Shown: positions 17,929 to 26,131, counted from the first letter of the stretch. The stretch is DNA of 64,000 bases from Wenzhouxiangellaceae bacterium (GCA_965222675.1 OZ244963.1:990617-1054616); one strand, 5' to 3'. Notes: generated by a model not told the origin, from the letters alone. Made by a program: numbers and translations.

Positions 17929-18936
17929 ATGCATCCTGCCCCGTCCACTCGGTCGATCGACCCAGGCGCCGCGGAGCGCCGAGCCCGCCGCCGCTCCTGG
18001 CAACGGCTGCATGCCCGCATGGCGCTGTTCCTCATGGCGGCCGCGCTGCCGCTGACCGGTGTCCTCGACGGCCTGTCCATTCCTGCCCAGATCAACCTGG
18101 TGCTACTGCCCATCGCCCTGCTCGGCGTGCTGCACGGGGGCGCCGATCCCTGGGTCGGGCATTCGCTGATGCAACGCTACGCGGGGTTCGGTGCGACGAG
18201 CGTTTTCTACACCGCCTACCTGTCGTTGATGGGAATCGTGCTGCTGCTCTGGTGGTGCTTGCCGATGGCGACGCTGGCCGCCTTCCTTGCGCTTTCCGTC
18301 GTGCACTTCGGTGTCCAGGACGCGATGACCTTCGGCGTTCCTCGCCGGCCCCTGGACCTCTGCATACTGGGCGCCATCCCGGTGCTCGGGCCGGTGGTCG
18401 GTAACGCCGAGACCGTCGCGGTGCTGTTCGGCTGGTTGGCCGGCGTCGACTCGATTGTCCTGGCGGATCGGTTGACCTGGGTGGCCCGTCCTCTGGCGTG
18501 CCTGTGGCTGATCGGCATCGGCATGGTGGTCAGCCGCGTTGCCCTGGAGCAGGGCCCGGGCCGGGCCAGGCGCCTGGCGCTTGCCGTGGCCGTGCTGGTG
18601 CTGGTCATGACGCGGCTCCCACCGCTGATCGCCTTTGCGCTCTATTTCTGCCTGCTGCACAGCTTCGGACACCTGCTCGAGATGGCCACGTCGCGCAGCG
18701 GACCCTGGACGCGCTGGACGGTCCGCCAGTGGGCGATGCGGCTGTGGCCTGCAACGCTGGGCGCGATCTCGCTCGGCCTGGTCGGTGCGCTGCTGCTTTC
18801 CGCGGTCGATGCGGCATCGGCCGCACCCGGAGCCCAGCAGGTGCTCGTTCTGTTCTGGGGCCTGGCCGCCCTCACGGTTCCGCATATCATCCTGCACGCG
18901 GCCTGGGCCCGGGCCGCCGCCGGCAGGCGAGCCTGA
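17929..18936 (+). CDS. blh: Brp/Blh-family beta-carotene 15,15'-dioxygenase (retinal synthesis)
   Basis: Multi-TM protein directly downstream of the rhodopsin, with spaced conserved His motifs (VLHGGADP, VVHFGVQD, LLHSFGHLLE, VPHIILH). The true start may be the internal MALFLMAAAL. Confidence 0.8.
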   Translation: MHPAPSTRSIDPGAAERRARRRSWQRLHARMALFLMAAALPLTGVLDGLSIPAQINLVLLPIALLGVLHGGADPWVGHSLMQRYAGFGATSVFYTAYLSLMGIVLLLWWCLPMATLAAFLALSVVHFGVQDAMTFGVPRRPLDLCILGAIPVLGPVVGNAETVAVLFGWLAGVDSIVLADRLTWVARPLACLWLIGIGMVVSRVALEQGPGRARRLALAVAVLVLVMTRLPPLIAFALYFCLLHSFGHLLEMATSRSGPWTRWTVRQWAMRLWPATLGAISLGLVGALLLSAVDAASAAPGAQQVLVLFWGLAALTVPHIILHAAWARAAAGRRA

Positions 18937-19030
18937 ACCCCGCTACAATTCCCCGCAGTCGGTCCGTTTCGACGACGATGCGGTCCCGAGGGGGCCGAGC
19001 GATCCAAACCATAAAGAGGGAGCTCGAGAC

Positions 19031-19243
19031 ATGGACAACCTCACCAAACTGCTGGTCGATCTGGGCGGTGACGCCGAACTCGAAGCGCGGTACCGAAGCG
19101 ACCCCGATGCGGTGCTTGCCGAATACGGGCTGTCCGATGAAGCGGCCGCGGCGATGAAGAAGGGTGACCTGGATGCATTGCGCAAGCTCAGCGGGCTGGA
19201 CGAACTGCGCCTGACCAACTCCACGGTCAAGGCCTACCGCTAG
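19031..19243 (+). CDS. 70-aa helical peptide, candidate split-borosin precursor (LigA-like leader domain plus short C-terminal tail)
   Basis: MDNLTKLLVDLGGDAELEARYRSDPDAVLAEYGLSDEAAAAMKKGDLDALRKLSGLDELRLTNSTVKAYR. A GAGGGA RBS-like sequence lies ~10 nt upstream of the ATG. It starts 94 nt after blh and ends 18 nt before the next gene. The ORF track embeds it in a longer junk ORF starting at 18635. Confidence 0.55.
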   Translation: MDNLTKLLVDLGGDAELEARYRSDPDAVLAEYGLSDEAAAAMKKGDLDALRKLSGLDELRLTNSTVKAYR

Positions 19244-19261
19244 GCCGGTTCGGCTTCGTCC

Positions 19262-21031
19262 GTGCAGTTCCCGCTTCCGGTCGTTCTGCTGGCCGTTCTC
19301 CTGGCCAGTCTACCGGTCGTCGGGACCGGCTCGGCGATCGCCGATGTCGAGCTGTCGTCGCGGATCGATACGATCGAGCAGCTGCACCACGAACGCCCCT
19401 GGCAGGAATCGCAGGCCGCGATCGATGCGCTCCGCGCCGACGGCCTGGATGGCGCCACGCCCGACCAGCGAGCGCGACTCGACCTGATGGAGGGACGCAA
19501 CCTGGTCCTGGCGGATCGCTTCGACGACGCCATGGACCGTCTCGATCGGGTGCTGTCGCGGCCGGTCGGCATCGATCTCAGGCTCCGGGCGCTCGAACTC
19601 GCGGCAAACGCTTCCGGGATCGACCAGCAATACGCGCTGGCGTTCAATTACCTGTACGAGGGCCTGAAGCTGCTTCCCGACGCCCGGGACCCCGGGTCGC
19701 GAGCGGGTCTCCTGGTCCTGGCCGCGCGCTTCCATTCACTGGCCGGGGAGCAGGCCCTGGCCATGGAATACATCTCCGAGGCCCTGGCGGCCGCCGAGGA
19801 AAGCGGCGATGACCGGACCCGCTGCTTTGCCGAGCAGGATCTGGTCTTCCAGCAGCTCCGGGTCGGCCTGGCCGACGCCGCCTCCGAAAGCGCGGATGAA
19901 ATGTGGCAGAGCTGCCAGGAAAGCGGCGACCCGGTCCTCCAGGGCACCGGGATGATGGCGATGGGCGCGGCGCTGCTCGAGGCCGGACGCCACGACGAGG
20001 CCGTCGGCTGGCTGGAGCGGGCCATCGCGCAGCACCGCGCCAGCGAATTCGCGGTCGGGGTGGCTGAATCGACGTATTACCTGGGTCGCGCGCTGCTGGC
20101 GGCCGGCGATGCCGAGGGCGGAACCCTGCGCCTGCTCGATTCGGTGAGCTACTTCGAGTCGCGCGAGGACTGGCAGAGCCTGATCGAACTCCACGCCACC
20201 CTGGCCGACTCGTTCGAACAACGCGAACTGCCGGGGCGGGCGCTCGACCACCTGAGAGCGCAGTTCGAGGCCGACCGGCGTTTCAACGACATCCAGCGCA
20301 GCCTCCGCATCGCCTACCAGCAGGCCGAGTTCGAGAACCAGCGCCAGCAGCAGGAGCTGGCCATGCTGCGGCAGCGCAACCAGCTGTTCGAACTCGAACG
20401 CCAGGCGCAGAGCTCACGCCAGAAGGCGCGTACCGTCGCCATCGTCATGGCGGCCGTGATCGGGGTCCTGCTGATCGGCCTGCTGGTCCGCTTCCGGGCC
20501 GACCGGCGGCGCTTCCGTCGCCTGTCCGAGCGCGATGGCCTGACCGGGCTGCTCAACCACAGCCGATTCCACCGTGCGGCCAGCAGCGCGCTGGAGCGAA
20601 GTCGCGAGAATGATCGTCCGTGCACCCTGATCGCGGCCGACGTCGATCTGTTCAAGCAGGTCAACGATCGCTTCGGGCACCAGGCCGGTGACGCGGTGCT
20701 GTCCTATCTCGGTCAACTGTTGCGCGAAGTCTTCCCGCCGCCCGGCATCGTCGGCCGCGTCGGTGGCGAGGAGTTCGCCGTGTTCCTGCCCGATCAGAAC
20801 CGCTTGCAGGCGCGCCAGCGGGTCGAAGAACTGCGTCGCCAGCTGCGGCCGGTGTCCGTGGGGGATTCGCAGATCGCCGTGACCCTGAGTTTCGGGCTGG
20901 CCGAAGCGCGGCGCGAGCGCCGCCTGGAGCGCCTGCGTTCGCGCGCGGACGATGCGCTGTACCGGGCCAAGCGATCCGGCCGCGATGAACTGATCGACGC
21001 CGCGGAACTGGCCGACGGCGACGAGCCGTGA
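19262..21031 (+). CDS. Membrane diguanylate cyclase with periplasmic TPR-like sensor domain
   Basis: 589 aa. Signal/TM at the N-terminus, a ~380-aa helical-repeat region, a coiled coil, a TM segment (TVAIVMAAVIGVLLIGLLV) and a GGDEF domain (DGLTGLLNH, DVDLFKQVND, active-site GGEEF). No RxxD I-site is seen just upstream of GGEEF. Confidence 0.85.
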   Translation: MQFPLPVVLLAVLLASLPVVGTGSAIADVELSSRIDTIEQLHHERPWQESQAAIDALRADGLDGATPDQRARLDLMEGRNLVLADRFDDAMDRLDRVLSRPVGIDLRLRALELAANASGIDQQYALAFNYLYEGLKLLPDARDPGSRAGLLVLAARFHSLAGEQALAMEYISEALAAAEESGDDRTRCFAEQDLVFQQLRVGLADAASESADEMWQSCQESGDPVLQGTGMMAMGAALLEAGRHDEAVGWLERAIAQHRASEFAVGVAESTYYLGRALLAAGDAEGGTLRLLDSVSYFESREDWQSLIELHATLADSFEQRELPGRALDHLRAQFEADRRFNDIQRSLRIAYQQAEFENQRQQQELAMLRQRNQLFELERQAQSSRQKARTVAIVMAAVIGVLLIGLLVRFRADRRRFRRLSERDGLTGLLNHSRFHRAASSALERSRENDRPCTLIAADVDLFKQVNDRFGHQAGDAVLSYLGQLLREVFPPPGIVGRVGGEEFAVFLPDQNRLQARQRVEELRRQLRPVSVGDSQIAVTLSFGLAEARRERRLERLRSRADDALYRAKRSGRDELIDAAELADGDEP

Positions 21032-21849
21032 CCGGCGATCCTCCGGCGGCCGCGGGCGGCGGCGAACTTGTCGTGGTCGGTTGCGGCATCCAGCTCGGCC
21101 GCCACATTTCGCGCCGGGCTGAATCCGAGATCCGCGTCGCGGACCGGGTGTTCGCGCTGGCCGATGCCTTCGCGATGGACTGGCTGACATCGATCCGGCC
21201 GGATTGCATCGGGCTCGGCCGACATTACCGCGAGGGTCGCCCGGATCACGATCGGCGCCGGGCCTATCGAGCCATGGAGCGCGAGCTGGTCGACGCGGTG
21301 CGCGATGGGGCCCGGGTCTGCGCAGTGTTCTACGGGCACCCCGGAGTCTTCGCCGACGTTCCCCACGGCGCGATCCGAGCGGTTCGCGATCTGGGTCTGC
21401 CGGCCCGGATGGAACCCGGCATCTCGGCCGACGCCTGCCTCTATGCGGATCTCGGCCTCGACCCGGGACGCTCGGGGGTCCAGTCGTGGGAGGCGACCCA
21501 GTTCCTGGTCAGGGACTGCCGACCGGACCCGTCGAGCCTGCTGATCCTGTGGCAGGTCGCGCTTGCCGGCGACTTGTCGCTGACCCGGTTCCATGCCGAG
21601 CCGGCCGGTCTGGCGCTGCTGGTCGAGAAGCTTGGCCGGTGGTATCGACCGGAGACCGAGGTCATTCTCTACGAGGCCGCGCAGCTGCCGATCGAACGAT
21701 TTCGCGCCGAGCGGATTCCCCTGTCGGCATTGCCGGACGCTCGCTTCAAGGAGTACACGACGCTGGTGGTGCCGCCTGCGCAGGACGCGCCGGCCGATGT
21801 CGAGTGGCTGGCCCGGCTGGGTGCTGCGCCGGACGCACTGGACGGGTAG
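21028..21849 (+). CDS. Tetrapyrrole-methylase-fold SAM methyltransferase, candidate borosin-type peptide alpha-N-methyltransferase
   Basis: 273 aa. Motifs LVVVGCGIQLGRHIS, VCAVFYGHPGVFADVPHGAIR, MEPGISADACLYADLGLDP and VQSWEATQFLV. From memory these match the OphMA-family blocks FYGHPGVF / LPGVSAEDCLFADL / YEASDFL rather than the GxGPGDP corrin-methylase type. The GTG start overlaps the upstream TGA (GTGA at 21028-21031). Confidence 0.65.
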   Translation: MTGDPPAAAGGGELVVVGCGIQLGRHISRRAESEIRVADRVFALADAFAMDWLTSIRPDCIGLGRHYREGRPDHDRRRAYRAMERELVDAVRDGARVCAVFYGHPGVFADVPHGAIRAVRDLGLPARMEPGISADACLYADLGLDPGRSGVQSWEATQFLVRDCRPDPSSLLILWQVALAGDLSLTRFHAEPAGLALLVEKLGRWYRPETEVILYEAAQLPIERFRAERIPLSALPDARFKEYTTLVVPPAQDAPADVEWLARLGAAPDALDG

Positions 21850-21861
21850 GGCGGGGACAAG

Positions 21862-21892
21862 GCGATTGCGCTCCGCGTGGGAGCGCAATTGC
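21862..21892. terminator. Hairpin between convergent genes (possible bidirectional terminator)
   Basis: attgcgctcc / ggagcgcaat 10-bp stem with a gcgtg loop, between the methyltransferase (+) and the DUF3617 gene (-). There is no clear T-run. Confidence 0.4.
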
Positions 21893-21940
21893 GGGTAGCC
21901 GAACCCGGGGTCCGGGGGACGCCGGGTCAGGGCCTGCGGA

Positions 21941-22378
21941 TCAGCAGTCGCCGGTGCGCTTGCCGGAGATCTCGACCGACATGGTCATCGATCCCATGGC
22001 CGAGTCCATCTGACCGTCGACCTTGCCGGTCATCGTGTCGCCGTCGAAGGACATGTCGGCGTTCATGGTCATCGCGCTGCCGTCCGGGCTCGGGCAGGTC
22101 ATGGTGAAGCTCATGCCGTCGGCGCTGATGTCCTTGTCGGCGACTTCGCATTCCTCGTTGTCGGACAGGAAGGCTTCGCCGTCGCGAATGTCTTCCGGCG
22201 TGATGCAGTTCGATTCGGTCTGGGTCTGCGGCGGCATGGAGCCTTCCGGCATGTTCGGAATATTCAGCGAGACCGTGCTGGTGGTTTCCCACATGCCGGG
22301 CTCGATGTTGGGCTCCTGGGCCACTGCGGAAAGGGAAAGGCTGGCCACGGCCAATGCGGTCAGGCTCTGCTTGAACAT
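21941..22378 (-). CDS. DUF3617-like periplasmic protein
   Basis: 145 aa from MFKQSLTALAVASLSLSAVAQE (signal peptide). GMWE...NCITPEDI...C.V....DG....M.C and a C-terminal RTGDC match the pattern recalled for DUF3617. The track extension to 22822 is Arg/Pro junk. Confidence 0.65.
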   Translation of the reverse strand: MFKQSLTALAVASLSLSAVAQEPNIEPGMWETTSTVSLNIPNMPEGSMPPQTQTESNCITPEDIRDGEAFLSDNEECEVADKDISADGMSFTMTCPSPDGSAMTMNADMSFDGDTMTGKVDGQMDSAMGSMTMSVEISGKRTGDC

Positions 22379-22535
22379 AAGAGAATTCTCCTTGAAGATC
22401 GGGCCGCGGGGATCGCCGGAGATCGCAAGGGATTGCCAGGGATCGGCCGCGGGTGAACGCATGCCGCGCCGTCGAGCGCGGCAGTGCAGTGACCAGAATA
22501 CGCGAATCGGCGCGTCCGCGTGCCAGTCCGGACGA

Positions 22536-22817
22536 TCAGCCGCCCTCGTCCTCGATCCTCTCGCGCTGGCGGGCAGCGGCGTCGGCCAGGTTGTCCTCGA
22601 CCCCGCGCGCCCGCTCGATCGCCTGCTGGTGCGGTTCGAGCAGGCCTGCGTCCGGCCGCCTGTCCGGGTCGGCCTCCGCATCGGCCTCGGGCTGGCGGCC
22701 ATCGTCGGTGCAGCCGGCGGCCAGGAACAGCGACGGGAACAGCAACGAGAACAGCAGGGGGACCGCCAACAGCAGCCGCTGCGGGAGGGAGGGGGTCGAA
22801 GTCGGGTTGCGGCGCAT
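22536..22817 (-). CDS. Small lipoprotein
   Basis: 93 aa. Lipobox LFLAAGC after a hydrophobic signal, then an acidic low-complexity mature part. Confidence 0.5.
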   Translation of the reverse strand: MRRNPTSTPSLPQRLLLAVPLLFSLLFPSLFLAAGCTDDGRQPEADAEADPDRRPDAGLLEPHQQAIERARGVEDNLADAAARQRERIEDEGG

Positions 22818-22920
22818 GGCAAGGGCTCCTCGGATTCGGTGAACGTTCGCGCCTCACTCTACGCCCATCGCCGTCCGCGAGCCAGTGCGCGCCCGAGCGC
22901 GCCCGGCTAGACTTCCCCGC

Positions 22921-24402
22921 ATGACCGCCGACGCCATGACCTCGACTCGACGACCCGGCTGGCGCCGAATCGCGGGCGTGGCGGTGCTCGCCGTCCTGGT
23001 TCTGTGGATCGCAATGGCGGTCTTTCAACGGTACAAGCCCCTGCCGGAGGGCGTGTCCGTGGCGATGCCCGAGCGCGCCGCCGCCGATGTGCGCTTCCTC
23101 GCCGACCTGGCCTGGGTCGACGCGAACGGCGAGCGGCGGGTCGAGCAGCGGATCTTCGACCGGGTGCTGGCCCTGATCGAGGGCGCCGAGCGCCTCGTGG
23201 TGCTCGACATGTTCCTGTTCAACGACTTCGCGGGACAGGTCATGGGCGAGGACATGCGTCGCCTGTCCGATGAAGTGGAGCGCGCCTTGCGCGCCCGTCG
23301 CGCGGCCGTGCCCCGCCTGCGCGCGGTCCTGATCACGGACCCGATCAACACCTTGTACGGCGGCATCCGTTCCGATCGCCTCGACCGTTTGCGCGAAGCC
23401 GGTGTCGAGGTCGTGGTCACCGATCTCGGCCGCCTGCGCGCATCGAACCCGGCCTGGTCGGGGGCGTGGCGGCTGTGCTGTCGCTGGGCCGGCAACTCGC
23501 CGAACGGCGGCTGGCTGCCCAATCCCGTCGGCCCGGGCGAGGTCACGCTGCGGACCGGGCTGGCGCTGTTGAACTTCAAGGCCAATCACCGCAAGACCCT
23601 GGTCGCCGACACACCGACCGGCTGGGTCGGGCTGGTGACCTCGGGCAACCCCCATGACGCGTCGAGCGCGCACGGCAACGTCGCGCTGGAGTTCCGCGGT
23701 CCGGCCGCGCTCGACCTGCTGGCCACCGAGGTGTCGGTGGCCGAGTTCTCCGGTGTTTCGCTCGGCCCGGTTCCCGCGGCGCCGGCCCCGCCGGCGTCCG
23801 ACCTCGAGCCGCAGCGCGGGACGATCCAGGTGCTGACCGAGAGCGCGATCCGGGACGCTGCGATCGCCGCGATCGATCGGGCCGGCGCCGGCGATCGGGT
23901 CGACCTGGCGATGTTCTACCTGGCCCATCGCGGCATCATCCGAGCCCTCGAGCGCGCCATGGACCGGGGCGTGCGGGTGCGCGCACTGCTCGATCCCAAC
24001 ACCGCGGCGTTCGGCAACGAGAAGTCGGGCATTCCCAACCGGCCCGTCGCGCGCGAGCTGGTCGACGCCGGTGCCGAAGTCCGGTGGTGTCACACGACCG
24101 GCGAGCAGTGCCACAGCAAGTTCCTCCAGACCCGGACCCGGGCCGGGGCGAGCGAACTGATCGCCGGCTCGGCGAACTACACCCGCCGCAACCTCGACGA
24201 CCTGAACCTGGAAACCAGCGTGCGCATCGCCGGCAGCGCCGGGCTGCCTGTGCTGCAGGATGCCGCGGACTGGTTCGAGATGCGTTGGACGAACCCGGCT
24301 GGACGTTCCTTCTCGCTGCCCTTCGAAGCATTCGCCGAGGACAGCGCGCTGCGCTATGCGCGCTATCGGCTCATGGAGTTCACCGGGCTGTCGACGTTCT
24401 GA
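22921..24402 (+). CDS. Phospholipase D-family protein (two HKD motifs, N-terminal TM)
   Basis: TM segment IAGVAVLAVLVLWIAMAVF. First HKD in NHRKTLVAD and second in CHSKFLQT...GSANYTRRN. An alternative GTG start at 22885 is possible. Confidence 0.8.
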   Translation: MTADAMTSTRRPGWRRIAGVAVLAVLVLWIAMAVFQRYKPLPEGVSVAMPERAAADVRFLADLAWVDANGERRVEQRIFDRVLALIEGAERLVVLDMFLFNDFAGQVMGEDMRRLSDEVERALRARRAAVPRLRAVLITDPINTLYGGIRSDRLDRLREAGVEVVVTDLGRLRASNPAWSGAWRLCCRWAGNSPNGGWLPNPVGPGEVTLRTGLALLNFKANHRKTLVADTPTGWVGLVTSGNPHDASSAHGNVALEFRGPAALDLLATEVSVAEFSGVSLGPVPAAPAPPASDLEPQRGTIQVLTESAIRDAAIAAIDRAGAGDRVDLAMFYLAHRGIIRALERAMDRGVRVRALLDPNTAAFGNEKSGIPNRPVARELVDAGAEVRWCHTTGEQCHSKFLQTRTRAGASELIAGSANYTRRNLDDLNLETSVRIAGSAGLPVLQDAADWFEMRWTNPAGRSFSLPFEAFAEDSALRYARYRLMEFTGLSTF

Positions 24403-24409
24403 GCCCGGG

Positions 24410-26131
24410 TCAGCGACCGCGCAGCGGCTCGAGCCGGAACCGCAGGTCCTGGTAGTGCCGCGCGACCGCCAGCGGTCGATCGTCGTCGCGGGACAGCCAG
24501 TGATCGGCGAGGCCGAGCAGTTCGACCAGCCCGGTCAGGCGGTAGAGGTTGAAGGCCAGGCGCCGGGCCTGTGGCTCCAGCGCTTCGGGCCCGGATTCCA
24601 GCCACCCGGGCACGGCGGCGAGAGCGTCGCGCGCCCGTTCGACCCGGCCGGCAAGCGCGGGTTGGCGGCAGCCGTCGAGACGCTGCTCGAGACGCTGCAT
24701 CCAGGGCCGGATGCCGACCGAGGCGATCGCCCGCAATGCGTCGAGTGACAGGACGTTGGTGGTGCCTTCCCAGATCGACAGCACCTGGACATCGCGCAGC
24801 AGCTGGGGAATGCCCGTGTCCTCGATGTACCCGGCGCCGCCGATCGCCTCCAGCGATTCCGACACCACGGCGACGGCATCGCGCGCCGTGCCGAGCTTGA
24901 TCAGCGGCGTCAGCAATCGCAGGGCAGCTCGATCGTCGTCCATGTCGCTGTCGCGTTCGCCGTCCTGGTCGCCGTCCTGGTCGCCGTCGTGCTCGACGCC
25001 ATGTTCGACAATGCCGAGCAGGTCGATAACCGAAAGCACAGCGCAACTGGCCGCGGCCCGGTCGGCCTCGAGGTCGGCCAGGGTTTCCCGGTGCAGCGGC
25101 AGGTCGGCCAGCGGCCTGCCGAAGGCCTCCCGTTTTCCTGCGTAGTCGTCGGCCAGCGCCAGCGCGCGCTGCATCAACGCGCAGGCGGTGACGGCGTTCC
25201 AGGTCCGGGTGACGTTGAGCATCGGCGCGATTGCCGCAACGCCGCGCTCCAGTCCGGCGACCGGCGTGGCCGGAGCGCCGTCGAGCCAGAGTTCGGCGGT
25301 CGGCAGCTTGCGCGTGCCGAGCTTGTCCTTCAGGCGCAGGATCTCGATGTTCTGGAGCCGACCGTCGCCATCGCGCGGCTCGAGGTAGAAAAGTGCCAGC
25401 CCGCGCGAGCCGTCTCCGGTCTGTTTCCCGGGGCCCTCCGGACGGGCCAGGGTCAACGCGATCTCGGACGTCGCCGCCGACGTGAACCACTTCCGTCCGG
25501 TCAGCCGCCAGGTGCCGTCCTCGTCCTGTCGAGCGACGGTCTCGGTCCGACCGACGTCGGAGCCGCCGACCGTCTCGGTCATCCACTGGCCCGAGGTCCA
25601 GAACGCGTCCGGATCGGTCGACAGGAGATGGGGCAGGGCCCGCGAAGCGAGCGCTTCGTTGCCGGCGTCGGCAAGCACGCGCGCCGCGCCGTCGGTCATC
25701 GCCAGCGGGCAGCCGTAGAAGTCCGTCGACGGGATGTACATCCAGGCGCGGGCGAACTGCAGCATCCGGGCGTGCTCGCCCAGCGCATCGTCGTAGCCGG
25801 TGGCGACCAGGCCGTACTCGGCGGCCCAGCGGTGAGCGCGTCGCCACAGCGGCGTCAGCTCGATCGAATCGATCCGTTCGCCCCAGGCGCTCCACCGGGT
25901 CAGGCGCGGCTCGTTCAGCCGGTCGGCCAGCTGGAGGTCGTACCACTCCGAGCCCGAGCGTCGGCCCAGTTCGGCGAGTACCGGCCGGTGCGCCTCGAGC
26001 AGGTCCCGCGGGACGGCTCGCTCCAGCCAGGCGCGCAGGATCCAGTTGCCGTGGTGGCTCCAGCCATCGCCGGGGCGCGGCGCCTGCTGGGTGGTCGATA
26101 GCGATGCGGACGGGGAACGGCGTCGAGTCAT
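24410..26131 (-). CDS. Acyl-CoA dehydrogenase family protein (AidB-like)
   Basis: 573 aa. GQWMTETVGGSDV, WFTSA and IWEGTTNV motifs are typical of the ACAD fold, with an extended N-terminus as in AidB-type members. Confidence 0.8.
   Translation of the reverse strand: MTRRRSPSASLSTTQQAPRPGDGWSHHGNWILRAWLERAVPRDLLEAHRPVLAELGRRSGSEWYDLQLADRLNEPRLTRWSAWGERIDSIELTPLWRRAHRWAAEYGLVATGYDDALGEHARMLQFARAWMYIPSTDFYGCPLAMTDGAARVLADAGNEALASRALPHLLSTDPDAFWTSGQWMTETVGGSDVGRTETVARQDEDGTWRLTGRKWFTSAATSEIALTLARPEGPGKQTGDGSRGLALFYLEPRDGDGRLQNIEILRLKDKLGTRKLPTAELWLDGAPATPVAGLERGVAAIAPMLNVTRTWNAVTACALMQRALALADDYAGKREAFGRPLADLPLHRETLADLEADRAAASCAVLSVIDLLGIVEHGVEHDGDQDGDQDGERDSDMDDDRAALRLLTPLIKLGTARDAVAVVSESLEAIGGAGYIEDTGIPQLLRDVQVLSIWEGTTNVLSLDALRAIASVGIRPWMQRLEQRLDGCRQPALAGRVERARDALAAVPGWLESGPEALEPQARRLAFNLYRLTGLVELLGLADHWLSRDDDRPLAVARHYQDLRFRLEPLRGR

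Noticed and set aside
19031-19243. LigA subunit of a protocatechuate 4,5-dioxygenase (LigAB)
   Set aside because: The helical domain resembles the LigA fold, but no LigB catalytic subunit or aromatic-catabolic genes are nearby. The ORF is also shorter than LigA as I recall it, and sits in a block with a peptide-methyltransferase-like gene.
21028-21849. Corrin/siroheme-pathway methyltransferase (CobA/CysG/CbiF type)
   Set aside because: It lacks the GxGPGDP N-terminal SAM-loop sequence typical of those enzymes, and no cob/cbi/cys neighbours are present. Its motifs fit the peptide N-methyltransferase subgroup better. This remains the main alternative to be excluded by phylogeny.
22360-24114. 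584-aa minus-strand ORF and the 293-aa extended version of 21941-22822
   Set aside because: They are antisense to the PLD-family gene and the upstream junk extension of the DUF3617 gene respectively. Both are Arg/Pro/Gly/Ala-rich. The real gene starts at the signal peptide Met (22378).
22921-24402. PLD-family protein as a nuclease-type defence effector
   Set aside because: Two HKD motifs plus an N-terminal membrane anchor fit a cardiolipin-synthase/phospholipase-like enzyme. There are no partner defence genes, and the flanking genes are housekeeping-like.
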